Shown here: piece after piece, positions 10,146 through 18,792 of the stretch
Numbering within the stretch: the stretch's first letter is position 1
How the letters are laid out: each line of letters opens with the position of its first letter
Assembly (NCBI GenBank): GCA_021650915.1
Contig: CP091279.1
Location: forward strand, 120,001-152,000
Direction of reading: 5' to 3'
Length of the DNA stretch: 32,000 bases
DNA from: Candidatus Brocadia sp.
GTDB taxonomy: Bacteria > Planctomycetota > Brocadiia > Brocadiales > Brocadiaceae
Made by a program: the position numbers and the translations under genes
The notes under the pieces: model-generated
Seen by the model: the letters and a program-made list of their open reading frames with translations, nothing else
Database searches by the model: none
What the model was told of the DNA's origin: nothing

Positions 10146-11995
10146 GTGTTTGAACGGAAACCCCCCAGAGCCCTGTAAAGTAAGGAGAAGCTGGTGAAAA
10201 ATGTTCATGAAAGTCATTGAATTTTTTCGGGTAAAAGGGTAAAATATGGCGAAAATGAAGGGATTCTGGGTATAAAGAGTCCAAATATTCGGTTCATTAA
10301 CCCACTAGCCAAAGGACATTCGATAGAAGATGAGAAAGAGATTTGAGCAGCAATTGAAGCTTGGCATCATACCCATTTCAGGGGTAAAACTGCCAATAAA
10401 GAGTCGAGATGAGCTACCACCGATACTGAGGGCGTTGCAACATATCTATGTTACACCGGAGTTGAACGAGGAGGTATTCCGGATATTAGAGGCGAAGGTA
10501 ACGAAGGGGAAGAAAAAGACGGGAAGATATGGGATGGATTTATGGCATATTTTGGTGTTGTCGGTGGTAAGATTAGGGTTAGATGCCGATTATGACAGGT
10601 TGGAGGATTTTGCCAACCATCACAAACTTATCAGGCAGATAATGGGGGTTGAGACGGCATTTGGAGAGGCGAAGGTTTTTTCGATGCAGAGCATCAAGGA
10701 CAATATAAGATTGTTGGATGAGGAGACCCTCAGGCAGATAAATGAAGTGGTGATATCATCGGGGCATCAGTTGGTTAAAAAAAAGGACGAAGGACTGTGT
10801 ATTAAGGTGGATACGTATGTGTTAGAGACGAATGTACACTTTCCGACCGATATGAATTTATTGTGGGATGCGGGACGCAAGAGTCTGGACATGATAGAGG
10901 ATGCAATAGAGGAAGGCATCCTGGCGGGGAAAGGATGGCGCAAGAGCAAATATTGGAGGAGAGAGTTAAAAAAGCTGATGAGGATAAGCGCAAAGGCGTC
11001 AAGCAGCGGGGGGGAAAAACAAGGAAGAGCATGTGAGGAGTTACTTGGAATTATCGAGGGGTTTGAGTGAAAAGATAGGAGCGAGTCTGTTAGCCATCTA
11101 CGAAAAGGTGCTAACGACGAACCAGGTAGACAAGCATGCAGGGAAAATAGGGACACTGGAGTATTTTCACGGGATGTTGAATAAACAGATAGACCTGGTG
11201 GAGAGAAGGGTGATCCGGGATGAGGTAATACCGGCGGCAGAAAAGGTTCATTCGTTGTTTGAGCCGCATACGGAGTGGCTGTACAAAGGCAAGTCAAACA
11301 AAAGGGTAGAGTTGGGACATAATATTCTGGTAGCAAGCGATCAGTGGGGTTTCATCGTGGACCATGTGGTAGGAGAAAAACAGGCGGATGTATCGTTGGT
11401 AATTCCATTGGCAGATAGGTTGTTGAGCCGTTACGGAGAAGGCACAATAAAGAGTATAAGTTTTGATAAAGGTTTTTACAAGAAAGAGAATAAAGAGTTG
11501 CTGAGTTTGTATATACCAGAGGTAATCCTTCCCAAGAAGGGCAAGAAGAATAAGGCGGAACAGGAAGAGGAATCGGGTAAGACATTTAAGAAGCTAAGGC
11601 ACAAGCACTCGGCGGTAGAATCGGATATCAATCGTTTGGAGCATCACGGCTTGGATAGGTGTCCGGACAAAGGGCTGCATGCCTTTAAAAGATATTGTGC
11701 AATGGGCGTGTTAGCTGCGAATTTGCACAAGCTGGGAAACGTGCTGCAGGAGAAGGCACGGAAGCAGTGCGAAAAGTTGCGAAAAGCCGCCTAAGCAAGC
11801 AAAAAACACGAAGAAAAACAGTCTGCCGGGAGGCAGGTACGCCCAGACAAGGCTAAAATAAAGGGGAAAACAAGGGAAATATGTAAAAGAACAGTATTTT
11901 TGCCAAAAACCCTAATCTCAAATCTTAAAATTATCTATTGGTAAATAGAAAATCGACCTCGCACTTTTACAAAAAGTGCGTTTTCGTTCAGACAC
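10146..11995 (+). mobile_element. Nested IS (1850 bp, IS4/IS5-superfamily type) inside the IS-B transposase gene
   Basis: Imperfect terminal inverted repeats GTGTTTGAACGGAAA (10146-) and TTTTCGTTCAGACAC (-11995), 13 of 15 matching. Direct TATGTA flanks it at 10140-10145 and 11996-12001. Confidence 0.8.
10330..11794 (+). pseudogene. DDE transposase of the nested IS, in two frames (10330-11070 and 11033-11794)
   Basis: DTYVLETNVHFPTDMNLLWD, FDKGFY and SAVESDINRLEHHGLDRC motifs, as in IS4/IS5-type (ISNCY-like) transposases. The frame changes by +1 around a G7 run at 11008-11014. Confidence 0.7.
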
Positions 11996-12972
11996 TATGT
12001 AATGAAACCCCTCCGGTAAACATTCGATTTGCATCGTCTTGATCATCCCCCGATCACCTACCATGGTCACCCCGGTGCACCCAAACCGTTCTGCCGTCTT
12101 CTTTACCTGAGACTCAAAGGTCTTTGGGTCCTGAGTATTGCCCCGAAAAACCTCCGTGGACACCGGCTCCCCAAATTCATCACACAGCATACCAATCACG
12201 ATCTGCTTCTTCCCCTTCTTGCCGTCACGATTATACCCGTACTCACCAAAATGATTTAACTCCCCCTCCACATAACTGCTCGTCACGTCATACAGAAACA
12301 GCTTCGGCTTTTTGCCTGCCCGTCTTGCATCAAACAACGTTCGCTCTATCTTTGCCTGATGCTCCGATAACCACGATAAATTATCGTAGAGATCATTCTC
12401 GTCGAACCCCCGCTTCATACCCAGCACATCACCCGCCGCATGCACCTGCGCCAGCCTTACCGCCGAGAGTCTTGACCCCTGATTTATCACCCGCGCCATT
12501 ACCTGCCACAGCGCCAGTCTCCCTTGAAAATCCTTCCCCAACGCCTCCTCTATCCCTAATTCCTTTGCCACCTGGTACACACTCCAGATCGCCCCCACGG
12601 ACATCCCCTCCTGGAGTTCCACCGATCCTGACAATGCCCCCAATGCAGTGAGATCCTCTTTATGGCTGAGGGCAAGCTTTATCGCTTCTATCTCCCGCGA
12701 TGTGCAGTTCGACAGATTTGCAATGGTACGCTTCCTGACCTTTCCGCCTTCCCGATACGATTCCCGCAAAAGAATGGAGCGATAGATTTTTTTGCCGGAT
12801 TTTGATTTGTTTTCCACAATATGCATGTCTACTATAATATACTATATTATTCAACATTTCAAGCATATTATTGAATAATAACAATATATTAGTGACTACA
12901 TAATTGCCGACAAAACCACACTAACTACCAATATATTAAATGCTTACGTGTTTTGCTTGGGGTGAACATCCG

Positions 12973-13010
12973 TTATATTCATGCAGTAAAAAAGCACGTG
13001 CCTCATGTTA
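12973..13010 (+). other. 38 bp ISL3 fragment (equivalent to 8270-8307)
   Basis: Exact identity with TTATATTCATGCAGTAAAAAAGCACGTGCCTCATGTTA of the intact ISL3. It lies between the IS-B right end and the IS-A copy E end. Confidence 0.8.
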
Positions 13011-13086
13011 ACCCGACTTTCGCAATTCGAGGGGTATACAACCCGCTAAGCCAGTAAAATCAAGGGGTCATGTAAAAAGGTCGGCA

Positions 13087-14937
13087 CTACAGGCCGACCT
13101 GTCCGGATGCGTAAACCTTGGGCGGCGGTTGTTCAGGAAGCGTTAATCCCAATTGTGCCAAAAGGAGTAAAACGTCCTTCTCCGGCTGGGTATAACGACT
13201 CATGACAATATGACGGCCATCCGTGGTCGGTAAATGAACGTCTATCATTTGAATGCCCGACAGTTTTTCTAAAATCGCTTCCGACGTCAGCCCTCCGGCC
13301 CTCCCCCGCGCAAGATTGCGCAGCGTCGTGTGGAGACAAAAAGCCAAAAAGGAGACAAAGATATGGGCTTCAATTCTCCGTTCCAGTTGGTGCCATAGGG
13401 GACGGAGGGAAAGCGATCCCTTCAAGTCCTTAAATGCCTGTTCTATCCGTGTCAACAGCAAATAATTTTCCCAGACGGTTTCTGGCGCGGTGGCCTGCAT
13501 GTTGGAGCGAAGCAAATAACGCCCCTCGCGCCGATACGCCTGCCTCAGGCGTTCCCGATCCAAACTGAACCGGAACGTATTCTCATTGACCGGTTCCTGC
13601 GGTTTGGGAAGGGAGATCGTAACCAGCCTGAAGTCTCGTCCGGCTTCTTTCTTTAACGCGCCAAGATGCATGAGCAGGTCATCGCGCGTGAGGACTTTTC
13701 GATTGCGAAGTTCGCGCAGACCCATCCACAAACGTCTGAGTCTGCGCCTACGCATGGCACGCTCCTTAGACACCCGGCCATGGCTTTCCACGTAAACGTA
13801 AAACTCCGATTCCTGCCGAAGAACTTTCACGCGGACGCTCTCCCTCGCCTGCATCCAGGTTTGTTCGAGCAACGGTTTTTCTACTCACGTCAAATGCCCC
13901 TTCGGAGTCCCAACCAAATAATCAATCCCGCGCTCACGCATCTTCCCCAACATCTCCTCCGTTGGAATACCTCTATCCATAAGCCAGGTACGCCGGAATT
14001 TCCCATACTGCTTTTCGATCCGATCCAGAAATTCCTCCAACGTTGCGGTGTCTCTGGTATTGCCCGGATACACTTCGTAGGCCACGGGAAATCCTTCCGG
14101 AGTCAACACCAACACCAACACCAACACCAACACCACTACCACCTGCACGCAATCCGAACGGTTGTCCCGACTGTATCCAAAACGTTTCTTACTCCCCGAT
14201 CCAGTCGGAGGTGGGTCACTTTCAAAATACGTACTCGTCAAATCATACAGCAGTACATCGTACTTCGCCCCAAAGAGCTTGCCCCACTTCTCCTTTAAAT
14301 AGGCAAACAGCTCGTCCCGATGCTCAAGCAACAAATCCAAACAACGATACGCCTTGTCCTTCTGCGCCAGGGAATAATTCTCTCCCAGCAGATCGCCTAT
14401 TGCGCTGCGCACGTACCACTCACGGTGAAAACGAAATTCGCTTCCCGGATCGATCAACCGGTAACAGACAAGCGCCTTCAGTATATTCAACCAGCTTGTC
14501 CCCTTCCGGCTTGACGGCAGACGCATCCTCCAGAATGTGTCCAGTTCCAGCATATTCCATACATACAATCCCAACCAGCTTGCTCCCCACTCCCGTGGAT
14601 GGCGCAGCTCTATTTTGTCCAACCTCACCCGAACTGTCTCACCATCCGGTATCGGCATGGCTTCCCGGTCATCCGGAAACAATGCCAGTTGTCTTGGTTT
14701 CGGTTCTTTACCCGACACCGCCTCTATCGTCCGAATCCACCCAGCCCGTTGATTGTCATTGAGTTCTCCCAAATAGAGAACCTGCCGCTGCACCACCCTT
14801 CTTCCGCTGACCCGGCGGTTCTCCACCACGCTCCAATAACGGTGGGTTTTCCCATCTTTCGTTCGTGTCTTTTCCCGGAGAAACATGCGAGCATTTTCGC
14901 ACTTCCTCCTGCATGCGTCAAGAGGGTAGGTCGGCAC
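13087..14937 (-). pseudogene. IS-A transposase with a CGA>TGA nonsense codon and an in-frame hexanucleotide expansion
   Basis: ORFs 13885-14937 and 13087-13872 are collinear with the intact protein. TGA at 13885-13887 (minus strand) replaces the Arg codon of GHLT-R-VEKP. VVALVLT is replaced by VVVLVLVLVLVLT. Confidence 0.85.
14104..14133. repeat. (CAACAC)5 tandem hexanucleotide repeat inside the copy E transposase gene
   Basis: Five perfect CAACAC units. The other copies have AACACCAATGCC at this place, so copy E is 18 bp longer and stays in frame. Confidence 0.9.
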
Positions 14938-15065
14938 TACAAGCCGTTTTGAAAATTCACCCCTTGAATATCACGGGTTTCCTGGCGACTCTTGCCCAAA
15001 AATAAACTTTTTTGGGCGCGAATTGCGAAAGTCGGGCTAATACCCGTGAAACCGATTATGCAATA

Positions 15066-15089
15066 TTTTGCCTGGGGTAAACATCCGTT
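15066..15089. other. Solo end resembling the IS-B terminal repeat
   Basis: TTTTGCCTGGGGTAAACATCCGTT versus TTTTGCTTGGGGTGAACATCCGTT at 12950-12973. It lies just outside the IS-A copy E left end. No other IS-B-like sequence is nearby. Confidence 0.5.
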
Positions 15090-15106
15090 ACAAAGCTAAT
15101 CTCGCC

Positions 15107-16486
15107 TCAATTTAACCCTATTGACTCTATATACAATTCTTTTTCTGTAGATTTTGTGAGATTCACTTTGAAAATTATACCGCGAACGCCAACGGCTATC
15201 GGTCTATCAAAGAAACGCCGTAAACCAATCGCAGTATCCGAGGCAGATACCACATTAACAGACCCACCCGGCACCGACTGATTTCCCAAGTTTTTGTTAT
15301 ACTCATTGATTTTCTTTGCTAGTGCAAACGCATCATCTTCTTCTTTTATCTCTATATTCTCAGCGATAGTCCGTCCTTCTGTGTCTTCTTTAATGGGAGA
15401 AGTTTCGGTTATTTTCGATTTTTTAGATGCTCCAATCTTTGTTAGCCTGTCTAATTCCTTCAGCATCTTTGTTGTGATTGGCTGAACATTTGCGGCGCCA
15501 CCTCCAAACCTTCTTTTGCGAATATTCATATCGATTGCCCTGGCATAATACACTTCATTAATTACCGCTATCCATAGGAAATCGCGATAGGCAATTAGAC
15601 CTTTTTTATCCCCAAGTATTATCTTGGCTGCTTCATCAAATTGTGACTTGGCCAACTTCAAAGTTATATAGTTTATACCAGCAATTCCTTGAAATCTATT
15701 GACAGTGTCCGTTGAATTATAAACATACGGTTTGAGAATAAAATTATTTTCTTTCCCAAGTTCTATTGAATTAGTTTCAAAGAAAGTCTTTGTAAGTAGC
15801 TTTGCAGGAATAGCATAAGACTCCGCAGAGGGAATTTTCAAAGAAACCTGTCCGATTTTATTAAATGAAAATCCTAGGGCAACATTTAAATATTCAATCG
15901 GGACTAATGCATTTACATCGGCTTGAGTAATATTGGTAACTGAAAATTCAGGAAAAGCCACTTGCCTTAAACGGTTACAATCACCATCATTAAAAACATC
16001 CTTATTACCTATTACAACCGGCATTATAGAAACATCCGTTAAGTGCGCTTGATCCTTGGAAATGGCGTTTTTTATGGCCTCCGTTGTGCTCGGAAACGAA
16101 AAACGATTTTTATAAAAATCATTTGCCAATGTTGACGTACCATACATGAGTTTTAGTTCATAGAGAACATTGGTAACCCAAATCCCCGTTTTGCCTAATC
16201 CCCCTATATCTTCAATTAGCTTAGTTTCATATGGATGTGTTGGAAGCAGCCAAATGTCTCCCACCTGCACATCTTCACGGGGAGGAAAGACGGGAAAAAT
16301 ACCTTCTTCGGACATGGTTCTTGTCCACTCTTTATATACCACTCCATTCTTAAATTCCCGGGAACTACATCCCAAGAATCCCACAACCGTTACCAGAAAG
16401 AACGGTAAAGTGATTTTTTTCGTAGCTCGAAAAGCGTTCCTAATGCCCTGCTTCAAAATCATTGGCTTCTTCATAATATTCTCCAT
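15107..16486 (-). CDS. Hypothetical lipoprotein (459 aa)
   Basis: Long ORF with a signal peptide and a lipobox-like VVGFLGCSS. No family recognised from the sequence. Confidence 0.6.
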   Translation of the reverse strand: MENIMKKPMILKQGIRNAFRATKKITLPFFLVTVVGFLGCSSREFKNGVVYKEWTRTMSEEGIFPVFPPREDVQVGDIWLLPTHPYETKLIEDIGGLGKTGIWVTNVLYELKLMYGTSTLANDFYKNRFSFPSTTEAIKNAISKDQAHLTDVSIMPVVIGNKDVFNDGDCNRLRQVAFPEFSVTNITQADVNALVPIEYLNVALGFSFNKIGQVSLKIPSAESYAIPAKLLTKTFFETNSIELGKENNFILKPYVYNSTDTVNRFQGIAGINYITLKLAKSQFDEAAKIILGDKKGLIAYRDFLWIAVINEVYYARAIDMNIRKRRFGGGAANVQPITTKMLKELDRLTKIGASKKSKITETSPIKEDTEGRTIAENIEIKEEDDAFALAKKINEYNKNLGNQSVPGGSVNVVSASDTAIGLRRFFDRPIAVGVRGIIFKVNLTKSTEKELYIESIGLN

Positions 16487-16527
16487 TTCTTAAAATATTC
16501 GTTTAGTTTCTTCTATGATGATAAATC

Positions 16528-16678
16528 GTAACACTTTAGTTTTTTGAAAAATGGCAACAACAACGATGTTTCCGCACGGTGTAGGGGCGAAGCATTTGCC
16601 ATCAATTGGCATAAATGTCTGCACACCCCAAGCAGGCAAATGCTTCGCCCCTACCTTTTCAAAAAACTAAAGTGTTAC
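16528..16678. mobile_element. 151 bp MITE with perfect 23 bp terminal inverted repeats and an 8 bp target duplication
   Basis: TIR GTAACACTTTAGTTTTTTGAAAA (16528-16550) and its exact reverse complement (16656-16678). Inner 20 bp palindrome arms GTAGGGGCGAAGCATTTGCC (16581-16600) and GGCAAATGCTTCGCCCCTAC (16635-16654). Direct GATAAATC at 16520-16527 and 16679-16686. Confidence 0.85.
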
Positions 16679-17057
16679 GATAAATCAATTTTTCCCCAAG
16701 TGAGTCAGGTTTGCATAATCGTCCATCCTTGTTTATTACGATAATATGCCTTTTGATATTTGGAGTTAACTCTGGATAAATTTCTTCACAAAGTTTTCCT
16801 ATGGACAACGGTAGCCTGAATTCGTTTTCATCAAAGTCTAACCGGTTAACATTTCTTGAATTTTCCTCACAAAATGCGTCATTACCTGTATTACCATGAT
16901 ACTCGACTTGGTCCGAATAGCAGGGCGTTATGAAACACGAATACAGATTCATTATGAAAACGGGAAACACTAAAAGAACCGGTAGTAATTGATATCTTAA
17001 AAAGGGTCGATTTAATCGATATCTCATAATTTTTGAATTCCCTCTGTGCCAAAACAC
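16659..17057 (-). CDS. Small hypothetical exported protein; the last codons are supplied by the MITE
   Basis: The track ORF starts at a GTG. An internal ATG at 17027 with AGAGGGA upstream gives MRYRLNRPFLRYQLLPVLLVFPVFIMNLYSC, which looks like a signal peptide. The last 5 codons and the stop lie inside the MITE. Confidence 0.5.
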   Translation of the reverse strand: MFWHRGNSKIMRYRLNRPFLRYQLLPVLLVFPVFIMNLYSCFITPCYSDQVEYHGNTGNDAFCEENSRNVNRLDFDENEFRLPLSIGKLCEEIYPELTPNIKRHIIVINKDGRLCKPDSLGEKLIYRNTLVF

Positions 17058-17084
17058 CTTCGATCCAAAAAATTCTCATGAAAT

Positions 17085-17134
17085 AAAAAAAGCCTTACTG
17101 CAAAGATTTTTCAAAACATCTTCGGCAGTAAGGC
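17085..17134 (-). terminator. Rho-independent terminator or attenuator hairpin upstream of the small ORF
   Basis: On the minus strand: GCCTTACTGC-cg-AAGAT-loop-ATCTT-t-GCAGTAAGGC followed by TTTTTTT. It lies 28 nt upstream of the GTG and 58 nt upstream of the ATG. Confidence 0.65.
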
Positions 17135-17144
17135 TGTCTTTATT

Positions 17145-17233
17145 CCTGGGGATCGTGTTTTCTAAACCACTTCCGTGTCGGCTTAAAGATCCACTACTTT
17201 GCGCCCCCTGATCACTCAGGGTTTACCTTTCTC
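17145..17233 (-). promoter_or_regulatory. Candidate c-di-GMP-I (GEMM-like) riboswitch aptamer
   Basis: Minus-strand RNA: GAGAAAGGUAAACC-CUGA-GUGA-UCAG-GGGGCGCAAAG-UAGUGGAUCUUUAAGCC..GGUUUAGAAAACACGAUCC. It resembles the GEMM-I pattern GGCAAACC, hairpin with GNRA loop, GGGACGCAAAGCC, second hairpin. There are two deviations in conserved positions (U for C, G for A). Confidence 0.35.
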
Positions 17234-17387
17234 GTTATGTTTCCTAAAATGATAATTCGCAAAATAGTAGCCATTGAAAGGTAATAATAACAATTTTAGT
17301 GAATTATTTCATAATTCCCTGAATTCATGAGGCTTACAAATAGGAAAAGTCTAGGAATAGCTAACGGTAAGCGAAAGGAGGTTGGCA

Positions 17388-17446
17388 AAAAAGTGTGTCA
17401 TGGCACAGATGTGCCAGTTACAAAAGTGTGCCATGACACACTTTTT
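17388..17446. terminator. Perfect 19 bp hairpin flanked by A- and T-runs (bidirectional terminator-like)
   Basis: AAAAAGTGTGTCATGGCAC (17388-17406) and GTGCCATGACACACTTTTT (17428-17446). It lies about 320 nt downstream of the ccsB-like gene on the minus strand. Confidence 0.55.
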
Positions 17447-17765
17447 ATTAAGGCATGCATTTGAGTTCTTCTGGAAAAGGAGAGAGCAGAAGTCTATCAA
17501 AAACCTTTAACACGCCTCAAGCCGCTCTTTTTAGAGTGGAGGTTAATGTTTCCGCTGCCAACAAAAGACTATGCATTTCCTTCCAAGCAAGCAAAAAACT
17601 CTTTTCTCCAATACTAAGCGATGCTTCTTTTGTAGTATTTTCCAAAAGATGTTGATGTCTTTAGCAAAAATATAAATAAAATTAGCCCAGTCTTGGCTTA
17701 AAACCCTGACTGAGCTAACTGACAAATTTCGTGCTTCAGATTTCGTTTTTTTCAATTCATTTGGG

Positions 17766-18749
17766 TTAGGTGGTAACGGTTCGGTAAATCATCCGAAAGA
17801 CCACAAGAATCATGCCGGCAGAAAAGAAGAAGATGGTTACAAAGGTGAGTGGTATGCTGGGGTTCTTTTTTACGCTGACTAAGACTCCGGGCACCGAATT
17901 AATATCTTCAAAACTAACCTTTGCTCCATGAATCTCCTGTGCATTGTCATCACCAATGGACAAAAAAACCGGATTCGTTCCCGCAGCAGTCACCAATTTT
18001 AATACGGGATAGCGATATTGCGGAGGCATATACAAATCAGCAACGCACACCTGTTTGCCATTTGCAGTAAAGGTTTCGCTGACCTTCAAACGGTACGGAT
18101 GATTATCCACCTTCAGGACTACGCCTGATGCAATCCATCCATAATCCCGCATCAGGATTTCCGATATCCCATGCTGCAGGAGAACGGGATTGTTATAACC
18201 GAGGGTGTCCGTAAATTCGTTTCCGTCCTTTCTGACGACAACGGATGCCGTTATTTTTCTCGGCATACCATTTGGGTACGAACTCGTCTTCAGGTCGGTA
18301 ACCTTCATTTCAATACCGCCCAGGTCAGTCCATTCCTCTGCTACAGATACCGGTGGTTCCGTCGTTGAATAGAGCCCGCCAATAAGATGTGCAATCAGGG
18401 TGATAACAAATCCAATATGCACGACCGATGCACCATACAGAGTAATCTTTTTTACGCCACTCCTCGTCTTTCGTATGATGGAATCAAGGGTGCACAAAAA
18501 GGTGTTAACACCATAAAGAATACAGGCAAGAAACAGGAGATAGAACCACAGATGGATCGGCCGTTTGTGCGCGAAGAAGAAAGAGATGTCTTCACCGGAA
18601 AGTCCTTCATATGCACGAGGATTATAGTTCATAATCAGACTACCGAGGATGAGAAGGGCGGTGACGGTAAATCCGGTGATGATACCCAGTTTTTGCGACT
18701 TAAATATTATGTAGATCGTTCTCATTTTACCACACCAAACCTGAAACAA
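17766..18749 (-). CDS. ccsB: Cytochrome c biogenesis protein, ResB/CcsB-like (system II), short form
   Basis: 327 aa. N-terminal IFKSQKLGIITG.. TM helix, then HLWFYLLFL..NTFLC and VHIGFVITLIAHLIG helices, a soluble middle and a C-terminal TM helix. It lies directly downstream of ccsA. The true start may be the internal MRTIY. Confidence 0.65.
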   Translation of the reverse strand: MFQVWCGKMRTIYIIFKSQKLGIITGFTVTALLILGSLIMNYNPRAYEGLSGEDISFFFAHKRPIHLWFYLLFLACILYGVNTFLCTLDSIIRKTRSGVKKITLYGASVVHIGFVITLIAHLIGGLYSTTEPPVSVAEEWTDLGGIEMKVTDLKTSSYPNGMPRKITASVVVRKDGNEFTDTLGYNNPVLLQHGISEILMRDYGWIASGVVLKVDNHPYRLKVSETFTANGKQVCVADLYMPPQYRYPVLKLVTAAGTNPVFLSIGDDNAQEIHGAKVSFEDINSVPGVLVSVKKNPSIPLTFVTIFFFSAGMILVVFRMIYRTVTT

Positions 18750-18792
18750 GTCGGAACGGAAGAAGTTTTACCGATGCACAGGACACGCCCGG

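Larger units (their letters stand above)
9315..12826 (-). pseudogene. IS-B IS1634-family transposase, split by a nested IS (N-part 11996-12826, C-part 9315-10145)
   Basis: The N-part has YDVTSSY, GYNRDGKKGKKQ and MVGDRGM. The C-part has YLDGCYVIKT and YKDLSEVEKVFRGCKT..LEVRPVYV. The two parts join at ..GFHYI|TAITKPQ across the 6 bp duplication. The first 24 aa of track ORF 9315-10217 come from the nested IS. Confidence 0.8.
9265..12972 (-). mobile_element. IS-B: second IS1634-type element (~1.85 kb) carrying a nested 1.85 kb IS
   Basis: Terminal inverted repeats: CGGATGTTCACCTCAAGGCAAAA (9265-) and TTTTGCTTGGGGTGAACATCCG (-12972). The transposase is split into two parts by the nested element. 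Confidence 0.8.
13009..15040 (-). mobile_element. IS-A copy E, reverse orientation, full length (~2.03 kb)
   Basis: Both terminal repeats are present (..AACCCGACTTTCGCAATTCG at 13011- and CGAATTGCGAAAGTCGGGCTAA at -15040). It is the only uninterrupted copy and was used as the reference for insertions in the others. Confidence 0.85.

Noticed and set aside
12124-12651. Proline-rich 175 aa ORF on the plus strand.
   Set aside because: It is antisense to the N-terminal part of the IS-B transposase and has low-complexity composition.
14104-14133. The tandem CAACAC units, and the many repeated blocks in the window, considered as a possible CRISPR array.
   Set aside because: The hexanucleotide units have no spacers. 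The larger repeats are whole IS copies of 2 kb. No repeat-spacer periodicity of 25-40 nt was seen anywhere in the window.
16544-16744. ORF of 66 aa lying inside the MITE.
   Set aside because: It is read from the palindromic arms of a non-coding element, giving the GEAF and MLRPY strings. It has no ribosome-binding site.
17455-17755. Two small ORFs (17455-17655 plus strand, 17543-17755 minus strand) in the 680 nt gap after the ccsB-like gene.
   Set aside because: They overlap each other and have no ribosome-binding sites or motifs. The region is AT-rich and non-coding-looking. I also checked it by eye for SRP, RNase P, tmRNA and 6S signatures and saw none apart from the riboswitch-like segment reported separately.
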